Source of the DNA: Candidatus Hydrogenedentota bacterium
GTDB lineage: Bacteria > Hydrogenedentota > Hydrogenedentia > Hydrogenedentales > SLHB01
Reading direction: 5' to 3'
Assembly (NCBI GenBank): GCA_963745075.1
Contig: CAVUWV010000008.1
Coordinates: forward strand, 288,001 to 352,000
Length of the DNA: 64,000 nucleotides
How positions within the stretch are numbered: the first letter of the stretch is position 1; each line of letters begins with the position of its first letter. The notes under the pieces were generated by a model, which worked only from the letters and a program-made list of their open reading frames with translations, did not search any database and had not been told where the DNA came from. A program made the position numbers and the translations under genes. Shown piece by piece: positions 42,867 to 52,102 of the stretch.

Positions 42867-43020
42867 GAACTGTCGCGACGCACATGAATCGTCAAAAAAC
42901 CAATTCCCCCTTTGAAGGGGGATCAAGGGGGATGTTCTTCGCATTGCCATCGCGGAGCATCCAAGCAGACGTGCGCGGACATTCGATGGCGCTTACTACT
43001 GAGGAATGAGGAGTTTTCCA

Positions 43021-43815
43021 ATGAAGATTTGCATGGCAGGAGCCTGCGGCCGGATGGGACGTCGCATTCTCGAGTTGGCGGTGGCGGAAGGGTTCGAAAT
43101 CGGCGGCGCCTTTGACGTGGCGCAGGCCGCGGGCACGGAACTGATCGTTGGCGGCGAATCCGGGAAGCCGCAAACGGTGAAGGTGTCGAGCGATCCCGCT
43201 GCGGAACTCGCGAAGTCGGATGTCTTGGTCGATTTCACCGTGGCCGACGCGTGCGTCGGTAATGTCAAAGCCGCGGCCGACGCCGGCAAACCTGCCGTCG
43301 TGGGAACGACTGGACTTTCCGATGCACAGAAGGCGGAACTGGAAAGCTGCGCGAAGAAGATCGCCATCGTCCACGCGCCGAACATGAGTGTGGGTGTCAA
43401 TCTCCTCTTCAAACTGACCCATGAAGTCGCGTCCATCCTCGGGCTCGATTACAACGTGGAAATCGTCGAGACCCACCACAATCAGAAGAAGGACAGCCCC
43501 AGCGGCACGGCCGTTCGGCTGGCGGAACGCGCGGCGGAAGCGTTGGGCTTGGACTACGGCGCGAATACCACCCATGGCCGCGAAGGCATGGTCGGCACCC
43601 GTCCGCAGAAGGAGATCGGCATGCACGCCGTCCGCGGCGGCGACGTGGTCGGCGATCACACGGTCTACTTCATCGGCCAGGGCGAACGCATCGAACTGAC
43701 CCACCGCGCCCACAACCGCGACAATTTCGCCCGCGGTTCCCTGCGCGCTGCCCAGTTCGCACTAGAGGCAAAACCGGGCCTCTATGATATGCAAGATGTG
43801 CTCGGCCTTCGCTAA
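43021..43815 (+). CDS. dapB: 4-hydroxy-tetrahydrodipicolinate reductase
   Basis: GACGRMG, VGTTG, APNMSVG, ETHHNQKKDSPSGTA. Confidence 0.96.
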   Translation: MKICMAGACGRMGRRILELAVAEGFEIGGAFDVAQAAGTELIVGGESGKPQTVKVSSDPAAELAKSDVLVDFTVADACVGNVKAAADAGKPAVVGTTGLSDAQKAELESCAKKIAIVHAPNMSVGVNLLFKLTHEVASILGLDYNVEIVETHHNQKKDSPSGTAVRLAERAAEALGLDYGANTTHGREGMVGTRPQKEIGMHAVRGGDVVGDHTVYFIGQGERIELTHRAHNRDNFARGSLRAAQFALEAKPGLYDMQDVLGLR

Positions 43816-43911
43816 ATCCAATGGGACCAAACCCGAAATCCGAAGCACGAAATCCGAAACAAATTCCAATTTTCTAAACGAGAAAACGACGCAAACGGAG
43901 AGCGGCTATCT

Positions 43912-43994
43912 CGTGGCTTGGGCATCTTGCCCAAGGAATTCAGTCGCCTGGCCAGCCGACGTGCAGGGACCTTGGGCAAGATGCCCAAGCCACG
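43912..43994. repeat. REP doublet, family B (GTGG-CTTGGGCATCTTGCCCAAG)
   Basis: Inverted copies at 43912-43936 and 43970-43994. Confidence 0.8.
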
Positions 43995-44005
43995 ACTGGC
44001 CGTTA

Positions 44006-45472
44006 TCAAAATCCCTCGAGCCGCATGCGGCCGAAAGTCCTGGCGATTCCTTCTTCGCGCGTGTCGAGGTAATGCGCGAGCACGGCGCACCGGTCGGCGT
44101 CGATGACATGGTCGTTACCTTTCTCGAACAACACCTGTCCGCTGACGCCGATGGAATACGTATGCGACGCGTATTGCGTTTCCCGATCCGACAGTGGCGG
44201 AAACACGATCGACCGGTCCGCCATGTGGCGCTGCAACAACTCCGTCATAAACGTCTTCATCGGCCGCCGGTCCGGGCGTCCGTCCGGCAACGGGTCCAGG
44301 TCCAGTGCGGAACCGAACTCGAAGGCCTTCACCTTTTCGCACCACGCCGCGCCCTGAGCCATGAGGTTATGCGCCACGGCCCGGCCGTTATTTCCGCAAT
44401 CGATACCAATCGCGCGAAAGTCGTACGCGGCGTCGAGTTCCGTGATGATCTCCTGTTGTCGCGCATAATTTACACCCCGCAGGTGAACCCGCAACACGTT
44501 GGCCAGGTGCGGCGGCGCCGAACGAAACACGACAAACTCGGACGGGTCCCGCGCGTAGCCGAGATCGCAGCCCAGGTAATAGTCGCCCGCCGTCACCGAA
44601 CCGGGCACCACAAACGAATCCTCATCTCCTATCGTCACGGACGCGAAGTCCATCCCTTCATCTACACAGGCGAGATAGTTGTCGAGATCGAACACCGCAT
44701 ACGCGGGCGAACCATGCAACCCCAGGACGCGGTGGATGTACCCCGGCGAATCCTTGCCCCCATAAAGCTGGGTGAGTTCCGCGTCCTTTTCCCCGGTGAA
44801 CTCCGGGTTCATCGTGGACGGCCAGTTGTATTGTTCCGCCTTGCGCAATTGCGTCATGCGATAAAACGTGTTCCGTAGCCCGTTGGGAACGCCATAGACC
44901 CAACGCCGTCCTTCACCGTTTAGCGACTGAAACAACTCGCCCCAAGCCGTCTCGGTCATGGCTTGCGCTTCGTCCACGATTTGCCAATCCACGTGAAGCC
45001 CCTGAAAATTCATCCCCTGCGGCCCGGCGATGCGTCCCCACAACACGAACCCGTTGGAAAACCGCAGAAACCACGATGGCGACCGTTTGAACTCGACCAG
45101 ACTCGGCGTGAAGGCGGGCGTGTTCTGAAACCGGCGCACCAGCCGATGCATCAACGGAAATAGGTGGTTTTCGCACTGCGTGGCGATCAGCATTTCCGTG
45201 TCCGGACACGCCACCATGGCCCAAGTGGCGATGATCTCGATCTCGGCCGTCTTGCCCACGTCGCGCCCGTCGCAGTGCACTTTGCGCAGCGCATACGACT
45301 CGAGCGATTCGCGCTGGTACGGACGCGCCTGCCAGGGGCGGCCTTTCGCATCGGTGAGATACGCACGTGCGAACCGCTCGCGCTCGTGCAGGCCCAGCCA
45401 TTGGGCAACGGCGGTTTTTCCGCAGCCTCGATCGGCAAGACGACGAAGAGCGGTTTCAGTGTGAAGTTTCAT
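44006..45472 (-). CDS. Terminase large subunit-like protein (packaging ATPase + RNase H-like nuclease)
   Basis: RPYQ Q-motif, GRDVGKT Walker A, WQIVDEAQ Walker B, YGVPNG coupling region, YLGCDLGYARD and NDHVIDA nuclease motifs. Confidence 0.87.
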   Translation of the reverse strand: MKLHTETALRRLADRGCGKTAVAQWLGLHERERFARAYLTDAKGRPWQARPYQRESLESYALRKVHCDGRDVGKTAEIEIIATWAMVACPDTEMLIATQCENHLFPLMHRLVRRFQNTPAFTPSLVEFKRSPSWFLRFSNGFVLWGRIAGPQGMNFQGLHVDWQIVDEAQAMTETAWGELFQSLNGEGRRWVYGVPNGLRNTFYRMTQLRKAEQYNWPSTMNPEFTGEKDAELTQLYGGKDSPGYIHRVLGLHGSPAYAVFDLDNYLACVDEGMDFASVTIGDEDSFVVPGSVTAGDYYLGCDLGYARDPSEFVVFRSAPPHLANVLRVHLRGVNYARQQEIITELDAAYDFRAIGIDCGNNGRAVAHNLMAQGAAWCEKVKAFEFGSALDLDPLPDGRPDRRPMKTFMTELLQRHMADRSIVFPPLSDRETQYASHTYSIGVSGQVLFEKGNDHVIDADRCAVLAHYLDTREEGIARTFGRMRLEGF

Positions 45473-45508
45473 GAGAGAGGCTCGGGGTTAGGGAGAAGAA
45501 ATCTACAT

Positions 45509-45544
45509 GGGACAACAGAGACAGCAAGGACATCAGAAACATGA
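45509..45544. repeat. 9-nt-period tandem repeat (GGGACAACA/GAGACAGCA/AGGACATCA)
   Basis: Same units as 51833-51864 and 51929-51960. Confidence 0.65.
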
Positions 45545-45563
45545 TGATGCTGAATCGCAGTCA

Positions 45564-46043
45564 TTACTTACCGTGGCCTGCCGCGCTGCACCTTCCATTG
45601 CCTGCCGCGACGACTTCTTCGACGATGCCCTCGGTCTCTTTCAGCAGAGGGCGCAGGAGATCCGCGATACCGGCCGCACCGGCGTCCGGCGTGCCGCCGA
45701 GGGCATCCTCGAATTCCTTCAAGGCTTTTCGCAGGCGTTCCTGGGCTTTGCCCACCTCCTCGCCGTCGGAAGGCTTACGGTCGTCACCTGGTGGCGGATC
45801 GAGACTCGCCGCCAACGCTTTCAAACCTGCGCGTCGGGCCAACGCATACAAAATGACGATTCCTTCGAGACGCATTACCGCCGACGGCTCTGCTTTTCGC
45901 AACCGCCGCTGATACTCCCGCATTGTGGCCGCGACAACCTCGCTTTCCTCGTCGGTGAGGCGGTCGCGCAGCCATTCGGGGTCGGTCCACCGTGCGGTTA
46001 CGACCTGGAGCGCGCTCTTTCGGGTTCGGGTAGGGTGCGGCAT
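45564..46043 (-). CDS. Hypothetical helical protein, candidate terminase small subunit
   Basis: 159 aa, AGAGG RBS, co-oriented immediately upstream of the large-subunit gene; family assignment rests on position and size only. Confidence 0.6.
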   Translation of the reverse strand: MPHPTRTRKSALQVVTARWTDPEWLRDRLTDEESEVVAATMREYQRRLRKAEPSAVMRLEGIVILYALARRAGLKALAASLDPPPGDDRKPSDGEEVGKAQERLRKALKEFEDALGGTPDAGAAGIADLLRPLLKETEGIVEEVVAAGNGRCSAAGHGK

Positions 46044-46139
46044 GGATGAAGTACCTCTACCCTTAGTGCCCAGCGTGTTGCAGTCGGACAATTCGATTTG
46101 GGAGGCGAATAGACAATCGGACTCGGGAACTCCGACCCG

Positions 46140-47990
46140 TCAGGGCGCCGGAACCGACGCCAAATACTCGTCCAGGATGCGCCGAACCTCGAGAATTGCG
46201 AGCGGGTTGTACTGCGCCGAGTGTCCGGATGGTACAATCTTCTCCGACGCGGCGCCGTCCAGATGCGAACTGGAATACGGAACCACCCCGTCGGTCATGG
46301 GTTCGCCTTCTTTTGCGATATTGCCCATGATCGAATGGTAGGTCACGTCCGGCGCGATGGGAATCTTTTCCATGGCCTGGATGATGGGGTTGTCGGGCGA
46401 CAGGTTGTCCACGCTCGTGAGGCGCCGCTTCTTCACATCGCCCTTGAGCGCGTCGGGATTGCGGTCCACGAAGGCAATCGTCTGCGTCAGCAACACCTTG
46501 GGGACGGCGATCAACGCCGACACCAACGTGCCCAATATGCCCTCGCTCAACTCGCTGCCCCGGTGCGGTGTCGAAATGAAGATCACCTGCTTCACGAACG
46601 GCAACGGTTTGAAGAAGAACACGTCCCGGATAAGTTGCTCTTCCTCGGGCGTCGTGTCCAATTCGTCCAGTGGTTTCCGGCTAATCGCGTTCCACAGCGT
46701 ATCGCCGCTGTCCTGCACCATCAGCTGCGCGATGAGTCCGCCCATACTGTGGCCAATGAGCACCATTTCGTCGAAACACGCGTCGTCGTGTTCCGGGTCG
46801 AACCGCTCGCGAATGTCGACCAACGCGTTGCGCAACTGGCTCGCCGGGTATGCGAACGGATACGCCGTCGGATACTGGAAGAACCAGAACTGGTATCGCT
46901 CGCGCAGTTCCGGCTGACCGCGCAAGTCGTTCAGCATCTCGGCCCAGGTCAGCGGACTCGACACGAGCCCGTGGATCATGACCACGGGAATCTTATCCGG
47001 CTGGTAGGGTTCCAGCATGTACAGGCCCGCCTCGTCTTTGACGCGGTCCGCCCGCAGGAACCCGATGTACGCCGTACGTTCGAGTTCCGGGTTCGACAGC
47101 AGGAAGCCCAGCGGCGTCGTGATATCCGACTCGAGCGGTACCGGTTTCTGCTCCACCGGCACCGACTGAATCTGCATGGAATCGAAGAGGTCCAAGGTGG
47201 CGGTCGGTTGGGCCGGTTCGCACGCGGACCCTTCGATTTGCAGGAACGCGGTCGCGGCATAACTCGGCGTATCGGGAAGGTAGCTCCCTTCCGGCGGTTC
47301 GGCACCCACTGCGATCAACGGCACCCCCAGGCCGAAGGTGCGATACCGGTTGCGAATGCCCTCCACCTCATATTCCGACGCAAGTAGGACGCGGGCAATA
47401 TCTTCCTTGGGCAGAAAACCTTTCCGCTCGATCTGTAGGTCCAGATTGCCGTCCCACAGCGGGACCTCGACCCGGCCATCGGACAGCGTGCGGCCCGTCT
47501 GTTGCATCAGGCGAATGCCGCGGGCCAGGGAGAAGTTGTAGAGATCGCAGGCCAGCCGGAACCGCGGGTCGAAGGGATCCGGCGGCGCGCCAAAGCCCTC
47601 GTCGAAAAGGTAGAAATAGGAGTACCGCGCCGCGCTGTAATAGAACCCGAGCGCGTCCTCCGGCGTCTTCTTTTCCGCTCGTTTCCCGTCATAGCAGGCC
47701 AGTTCGGCCAGCCCGAACAAAATTGCGCGGTCACCCGAATCGCAGGCTTCACCGTGCAGCGTGTCCAGGGTCCCGCGCGGGTCCTTCTGATAGGTTTCCT
47801 GAAGGTCGTAAGTCCGCAGCAATTGCTGCGTGTGGATGCTCAACCCGTCCGAACTCAGCGCGTTCCCCTGTAACTTTCGGAAGGACACGTCCGTGGAGAC
47901 GGGCTTCAACGACACCCCGGCAAAACACCCCGACCCTAGCATCACCGCCAGGACAACGCACCAGCGCGCTATTGGGCACAGTTTCTTCAT
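46140..47990 (-). CDS. Alpha/beta-hydrolase (esterase/lipase) lipoprotein
   Basis: PVVMIHGL, IGHSMGG nucleophile elbow, ISTPHRGS, DGVVPYSS, GHS; lipobox LGSGC. Confidence 0.9.
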   Translation of the reverse strand: MKKLCPIARWCVVLAVMLGSGCFAGVSLKPVSTDVSFRKLQGNALSSDGLSIHTQQLLRTYDLQETYQKDPRGTLDTLHGEACDSGDRAILFGLAELACYDGKRAEKKTPEDALGFYYSAARYSYFYLFDEGFGAPPDPFDPRFRLACDLYNFSLARGIRLMQQTGRTLSDGRVEVPLWDGNLDLQIERKGFLPKEDIARVLLASEYEVEGIRNRYRTFGLGVPLIAVGAEPPEGSYLPDTPSYAATAFLQIEGSACEPAQPTATLDLFDSMQIQSVPVEQKPVPLESDITTPLGFLLSNPELERTAYIGFLRADRVKDEAGLYMLEPYQPDKIPVVMIHGLVSSPLTWAEMLNDLRGQPELRERYQFWFFQYPTAYPFAYPASQLRNALVDIRERFDPEHDDACFDEMVLIGHSMGGLIAQLMVQDSGDTLWNAISRKPLDELDTTPEEEQLIRDVFFFKPLPFVKQVIFISTPHRGSELSEGILGTLVSALIAVPKVLLTQTIAFVDRNPDALKGDVKKRRLTSVDNLSPDNPIIQAMEKIPIAPDVTYHSIMGNIAKEGEPMTDGVVPYSSSHLDGAASEKIVPSGHSAQYNPLAILEVRRILDEYLASVPAP

Positions 47991-48133
47991 GGGATCGTGG
48001 TACTCCGACGCGGTCCGTGCACGATAAACGAAATCTAGGCGATTGTCCAGGTCGGTGCGAACGAACGTCACGTTTGTATGTATCGTGGAAAGGGGGTATC
48101 CTCCGCGTTAATATGGCCTAAAGGACACTTGCT

Positions 48134-48793
48134 ATGCTCAGTGCGACGCTTATGTACCGCTTGCGGACCGCGCTCGAGTTCTACCAGATGTCGATCCGTA
48201 TCCGCGAAATCGACGGCTGGCTCGACGACATGCAAGGGTATGTGCTGGCCCTGATGGCGGAGCAGGGTCCCGGCGTCGGCGCTATCGTCGAAATCGGCAG
48301 TTTCAAAGGCCGGTCCACCTGCTGGCTCGCGTACGGCGCGAAATCGGCTGGGCGCGAAACCGTCACCGCGATTGATCCGTTCACCGGTTCTCCGGAACAC
48401 CAACCCGGCGAAGAATTGAGCGACCCCGACCTCGCGGAATCGGGGTCGACCTTTCCGGTCTTCGAAAAAAACCTCCGCAAGATGGCTCTCGACGACTACG
48501 TGAAGCCGATAGTGGCCACGTCCGCCGACGCCGCAAAGGATTGGGACCAGCCCATCCGCCTCCTCTTCATCGACGGCGATCACTCCTACGAGGGGTCCAA
48601 GCTGGATTTTGAAGTCTGGTCACCCCACGTCGTTCCCGGCGGCCTTATCGCGCTGCACGACGTTGGCCATTGGGACGGCGTCACCCGCTTCTACCAGGAA
48701 CTCCTCGCCGAGACCACCGAGTACGAACAGGTCCTGGAACTTTTCGGCCTGGTCGTTCTTGAAAAGAAGACCGCACACCTGGCAACGCCATAA
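48134..48793 (+). CDS. Class I SAM-dependent methyltransferase (Methyltransf_24-like)
   Basis: VEIGSFKGRST, LFIDGDHSYE, GGLIALHD. Confidence 0.9.
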   Translation: MLSATLMYRLRTALEFYQMSIRIREIDGWLDDMQGYVLALMAEQGPGVGAIVEIGSFKGRSTCWLAYGAKSAGRETVTAIDPFTGSPEHQPGEELSDPDLAESGSTFPVFEKNLRKMALDDYVKPIVATSADAAKDWDQPIRLLFIDGDHSYEGSKLDFEVWSPHVVPGGLIALHDVGHWDGVTRFYQELLAETTEYEQVLELFGLVVLEKKTAHLATP

Positions 48794-48807
48794 GCCTATT
48801 CGCCTTG

Positions 48808-51792
48808 CTACTGCGCCAAACCTTCGCCAGGCACCCCGTAGAGCCAAGGGCCTGCTGTGCCGGGGCCAATCTCCACGACAAGCGTGTCGCCTTCCCGGTG
48901 GGAGTCTACAGCGTTGCCACGGCTGCCCGGCGTTGGACCTTCGGCGAAGAGCTGCAATCCCACCGGCAGATGCGCGGCGGGAATGCGCAGCGTACCTTTG
49001 CCGCGCGCGAGGATCTGCACGACAGCGCCACCCGGAACGCGGCGGGCTTCCGCCACCGGCGCCCAGGCAACCTGCCCGAAGGGTGCATCGCCGAAGGCGT
49101 AGGTGACGCCGTCCACCGTGACGGAAGCACATGAATTCCCGGCGAAAGCAATCAGGTTGTTGGCCTCGTCCATTCGGACTGCAACCGCGTTGCGGCCGTC
49201 GTAGTCGATGGTGTGACCCGCGACCGTGAAGCCGGCGAGATGGATCTCATCCGAGGGCGGCGGATTCTTTTCGAGATACGCGGCGTCTTCTTCCTGGTTG
49301 CGGGCGAAACCGCCCGGCCAACCTTCTTCCATCGCGCGGAAATGCGGCGCAACCGCGATCGTGCCGTTGGGAAAGCGGCAGGCGAGAAACTCGGTCGTGC
49401 GGGAAAGGTAATCCGGATTGTCGTTGACGCCTGCAAACACGCCGGTGGCGGGATATGCGCCCAATGCGTCCAGCACCTCGAACCAAGTGCGGGCTTCATA
49501 CCCGAGGCTGGCCGCCTGATCGTCGCGCGGACGGAATCCCAGGTACGTCAAACTGCCACCCGAATTCGTCGGCCGCACTGCGCCGACGGTCCAATCCTGC
49601 ACCGTGGCCGCGGCCGCCGATCCGTCGCGCGGCGTGGCGGGATATATGCGGTCCACGATGAAATCCGTGAGAATCGCCTGCGGCGGCACCGCGGCCAGCG
49701 GTCCCGTGAACTGGACCTCCCGGCCCGGGACGATGAGTCCGTCGCCCGGTTCCGGTGTGTAGTCCACGCCGAACAAATCGTTCCATGCGGCGGTAACCGG
49801 TTTGCCGTCCGCATCGACCACCGGCGGCGGACCGGACCAGATCACCCGCCCGCCCTGTGCAGCAAGGTCCTGCATCATGGTCATCAATTGCGCGCTCGGG
49901 AAAGGCTCGAACAAGGTCGCCAACGTAGTAAAGCGCCGCTCCGCCACTTCGATGGCGCCGTCGCGCACCACGCCGCGCTCCAGCAGTTTAGCTTGCGTGA
50001 TGTAGTTTGTGTAGCCGTACTGGGTCATCCAACTTCCGAACCGTTCCTCGGCGGCGACAAGGTCGATGGGGTAGAGCATGAGCACGTCGCAGTCGCGGTG
50101 CTGCGCTTCTTCGACCAACATGAACGGCGGCGACGCGGCGGCCCCGTACACGTCCACCAACGCGTGACGCCGCTGCGACAGCGCGCCCGGCATGCCCCAA
50201 TGGGCCGCGTAGGAGTAGGGCACCTCGTTCAGAATCCCCGTCGAGCAGGCCAGCGCCATGGCGAAATAGTCGCGGTCGAGCCAGCCGCCTTCTGCATGGT
50301 CGTTGCCGTTGCCGGTCAGGAAGTCGCCCCACTTGAAGTAGTCGTAACACGCCGACGCGGCCTGATGCACCGTGTCGGACCAGATGAAGTTCGACGTGTA
50401 TTCGTACTGGTTCCGCTGATGGTTCTGGCGGCCCGTGTTCCACTTGTCGATGGTGGGACTCTCCGCCCACGTGGCATGGGCGCGCGCCTGGAGACGGTGC
50501 CCCATGCGCTGTTCCGCGTGATCCTTGGCCGCGGCGAAAAGATCGACCACGCCGTCTTGCAAGAAGTGGTAATACCGCGCGCGGAACAAGGCGGTTTGGC
50601 TGATGGCTTCCGCGGAATCGCCGAAGGTATGCATGATGCCCTGTTTCGCGCTGAGGTCCGAGGCCGTGTCTTCCTGGCCGTAGCAGAAGTAAACAAGGTA
50701 CTTCGCGAAATCGCGGTATTGGTCGCCGTACCGATCGGCAAAACGGTTCACGAAACCGGGGCTTACGTAGCGCACGGTGAATTCGCCGTTATCGTGGTGA
50801 TTGAAATACGCCCAGTCCTGTTGGATGTGCATTTCGTCGGAGTAGAGCCCGTTCAACTTCACGCCCGCGTCGGCGTACTTGTCGATAAGGCCGGTCAGAT
50901 AAGGCAGCGCCTTGTCGCTGAAATAGTCCATCTCCGGTGTGCGGTAGGTCTGGACCACCAGCACCCGATCACGATCCCCGATGTCTGTGTGGCCTTCGCC
51001 GAAGATCCGCACGCGCCGCGCGCGGAAGTCTCCCGCTCTCCGCACCGCGCCCTCCCAGGGTTCCACTTTCGCCACGTCGGTAATTTCCACGATGGAGCCG
51101 GGATCGACCGCGCGGTAGCTCGTTCCACGCACGCCGTGTTCCGCGAACGCGAAGACCCGTACGCCCGCGTCTTCGAGATCGATGGGGCCCTTGTTGTTCG
51201 ACCAGCGCTGATGTTGCCAGAGCTGCACGCTGAACGCGCCGGTCTTCGTGTCGCGTACGCCTTTCCGGTACTGCATCCACACGCCCGACTCGCCCGTCGC
51301 CGCGCGGTACGCGGGCCCGATCTCGAGGGGGCTGAGCAGGCTCAGCTCGAGCCCAAGCCCGTACCCTTCGGCGAATTTCGCGATGGCCGCCATGCGCTGA
51401 ACGTACTCGTCCATGTCCGGCGTCAGACGCCGCGGTTTCGCTGCCTGACCCGGACGGTACTGGCTGAAGAAGTGGTCGAACGCGATGACGAGCGTGCGAT
51501 TGCCCGCGGCCTGCGCCCGCTCGCAGATCGCCCGCAACGAGTCCTCGTGGGGATTGCGCCCCGTCGTCATATCGAAGACTTTGTCCGGGTCGGAGAGAAA
51601 CTCGAGTTCTTCGTCGCTCACGAGAATGATGTGCGGCCGTCCGAGCATGAAGGCCCACGGTCCGGGAAAGGCGATGAGATCGCCTTGATACACGTCCTCG
51701 GGTACGGGCGGCGCGTCGGCTGCGTGACTGGCAAAGACACCGCAGGCGAAAACGAAAACGGCGATAAACAAACCATGCGAAAACCGAGTCAT
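48808..51792 (-). CDS. Large secreted hypothetical protein, possible glycoside hydrolase
   Basis: 994 aa, signal peptide, aromatic-rich core with GLYSDEMH; strong codon bias. Confidence 0.7.
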   Translation of the reverse strand: MTRFSHGLFIAVFVFACGVFASHAADAPPVPEDVYQGDLIAFPGPWAFMLGRPHIILVSDEELEFLSDPDKVFDMTTGRNPHEDSLRAICERAQAAGNRTLVIAFDHFFSQYRPGQAAKPRRLTPDMDEYVQRMAAIAKFAEGYGLGLELSLLSPLEIGPAYRAATGESGVWMQYRKGVRDTKTGAFSVQLWQHQRWSNNKGPIDLEDAGVRVFAFAEHGVRGTSYRAVDPGSIVEITDVAKVEPWEGAVRRAGDFRARRVRIFGEGHTDIGDRDRVLVVQTYRTPEMDYFSDKALPYLTGLIDKYADAGVKLNGLYSDEMHIQQDWAYFNHHDNGEFTVRYVSPGFVNRFADRYGDQYRDFAKYLVYFCYGQEDTASDLSAKQGIMHTFGDSAEAISQTALFRARYYHFLQDGVVDLFAAAKDHAEQRMGHRLQARAHATWAESPTIDKWNTGRQNHQRNQYEYTSNFIWSDTVHQAASACYDYFKWGDFLTGNGNDHAEGGWLDRDYFAMALACSTGILNEVPYSYAAHWGMPGALSQRRHALVDVYGAAASPPFMLVEEAQHRDCDVLMLYPIDLVAAEERFGSWMTQYGYTNYITQAKLLERGVVRDGAIEVAERRFTTLATLFEPFPSAQLMTMMQDLAAQGGRVIWSGPPPVVDADGKPVTAAWNDLFGVDYTPEPGDGLIVPGREVQFTGPLAAVPPQAILTDFIVDRIYPATPRDGSAAAATVQDWTVGAVRPTNSGGSLTYLGFRPRDDQAASLGYEARTWFEVLDALGAYPATGVFAGVNDNPDYLSRTTEFLACRFPNGTIAVAPHFRAMEEGWPGGFARNQEEDAAYLEKNPPPSDEIHLAGFTVAGHTIDYDGRNAVAVRMDEANNLIAFAGNSCASVTVDGVTYAFGDAPFGQVAWAPVAEARRVPGGAVVQILARGKGTLRIPAAHLPVGLQLFAEGPTPGSRGNAVDSHREGDTLVVEIGPGTAGPWLYGVPGEGLAQ

Positions 51793-51832
51793 TGGTGTGA
51801 TCCCCTTTTCAAGGTGATGTCCAAAGAATGGA

Positions 51833-51960
51833 GGGACAGCAGGGACACCAGCGACAACAAGGACCAATTTCAAAAATACCCCCCAGCGCGGCTATTCCCG
51901 GGGACGTTGTAAGCCATCATACGTCTTCGTCCCTGCTGTCTCTGATGTCCTTGCTGTCCC
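51833..51960. repeat. Inverted pair of 9-nt-period tandem repeats
   Basis: GGGACAGCA-type x3.5 at 51833-51864 and its reverse complement at 51929-51960. Confidence 0.7.
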
Positions 51961-52102
51961 TGTATCAATCCGCGCGCGCTTCTGGCTACTACCGCCATTC
52001 GTACTCAATCACACGCGCGTCGCGCACGCGTTGACCCGCCTTGCCCTTCACGCCCTACAATTCACGGATTGGTGCAACGAACCCACGCGGGAGGAGCGGC
52101 AT

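Noticed and set aside
45413..45433. Second Walker A-like string (DRGCGKT) at the terminase N-terminus
   Set aside because: It lacks a preceding beta-strand and lies before the Q-motif; probably coincidental.
43800..48000. Prophage around the terminase gene
   Set aside because: No integrase, portal, capsid, tail or lysis genes and no att repeats seen; the flanks are ordinary host genes.
49213..51912. 899-aa plus-strand ORF
   Set aside because: Antisense shadow of the 48808-51792 gene, which has the signal peptide and protein-like composition.
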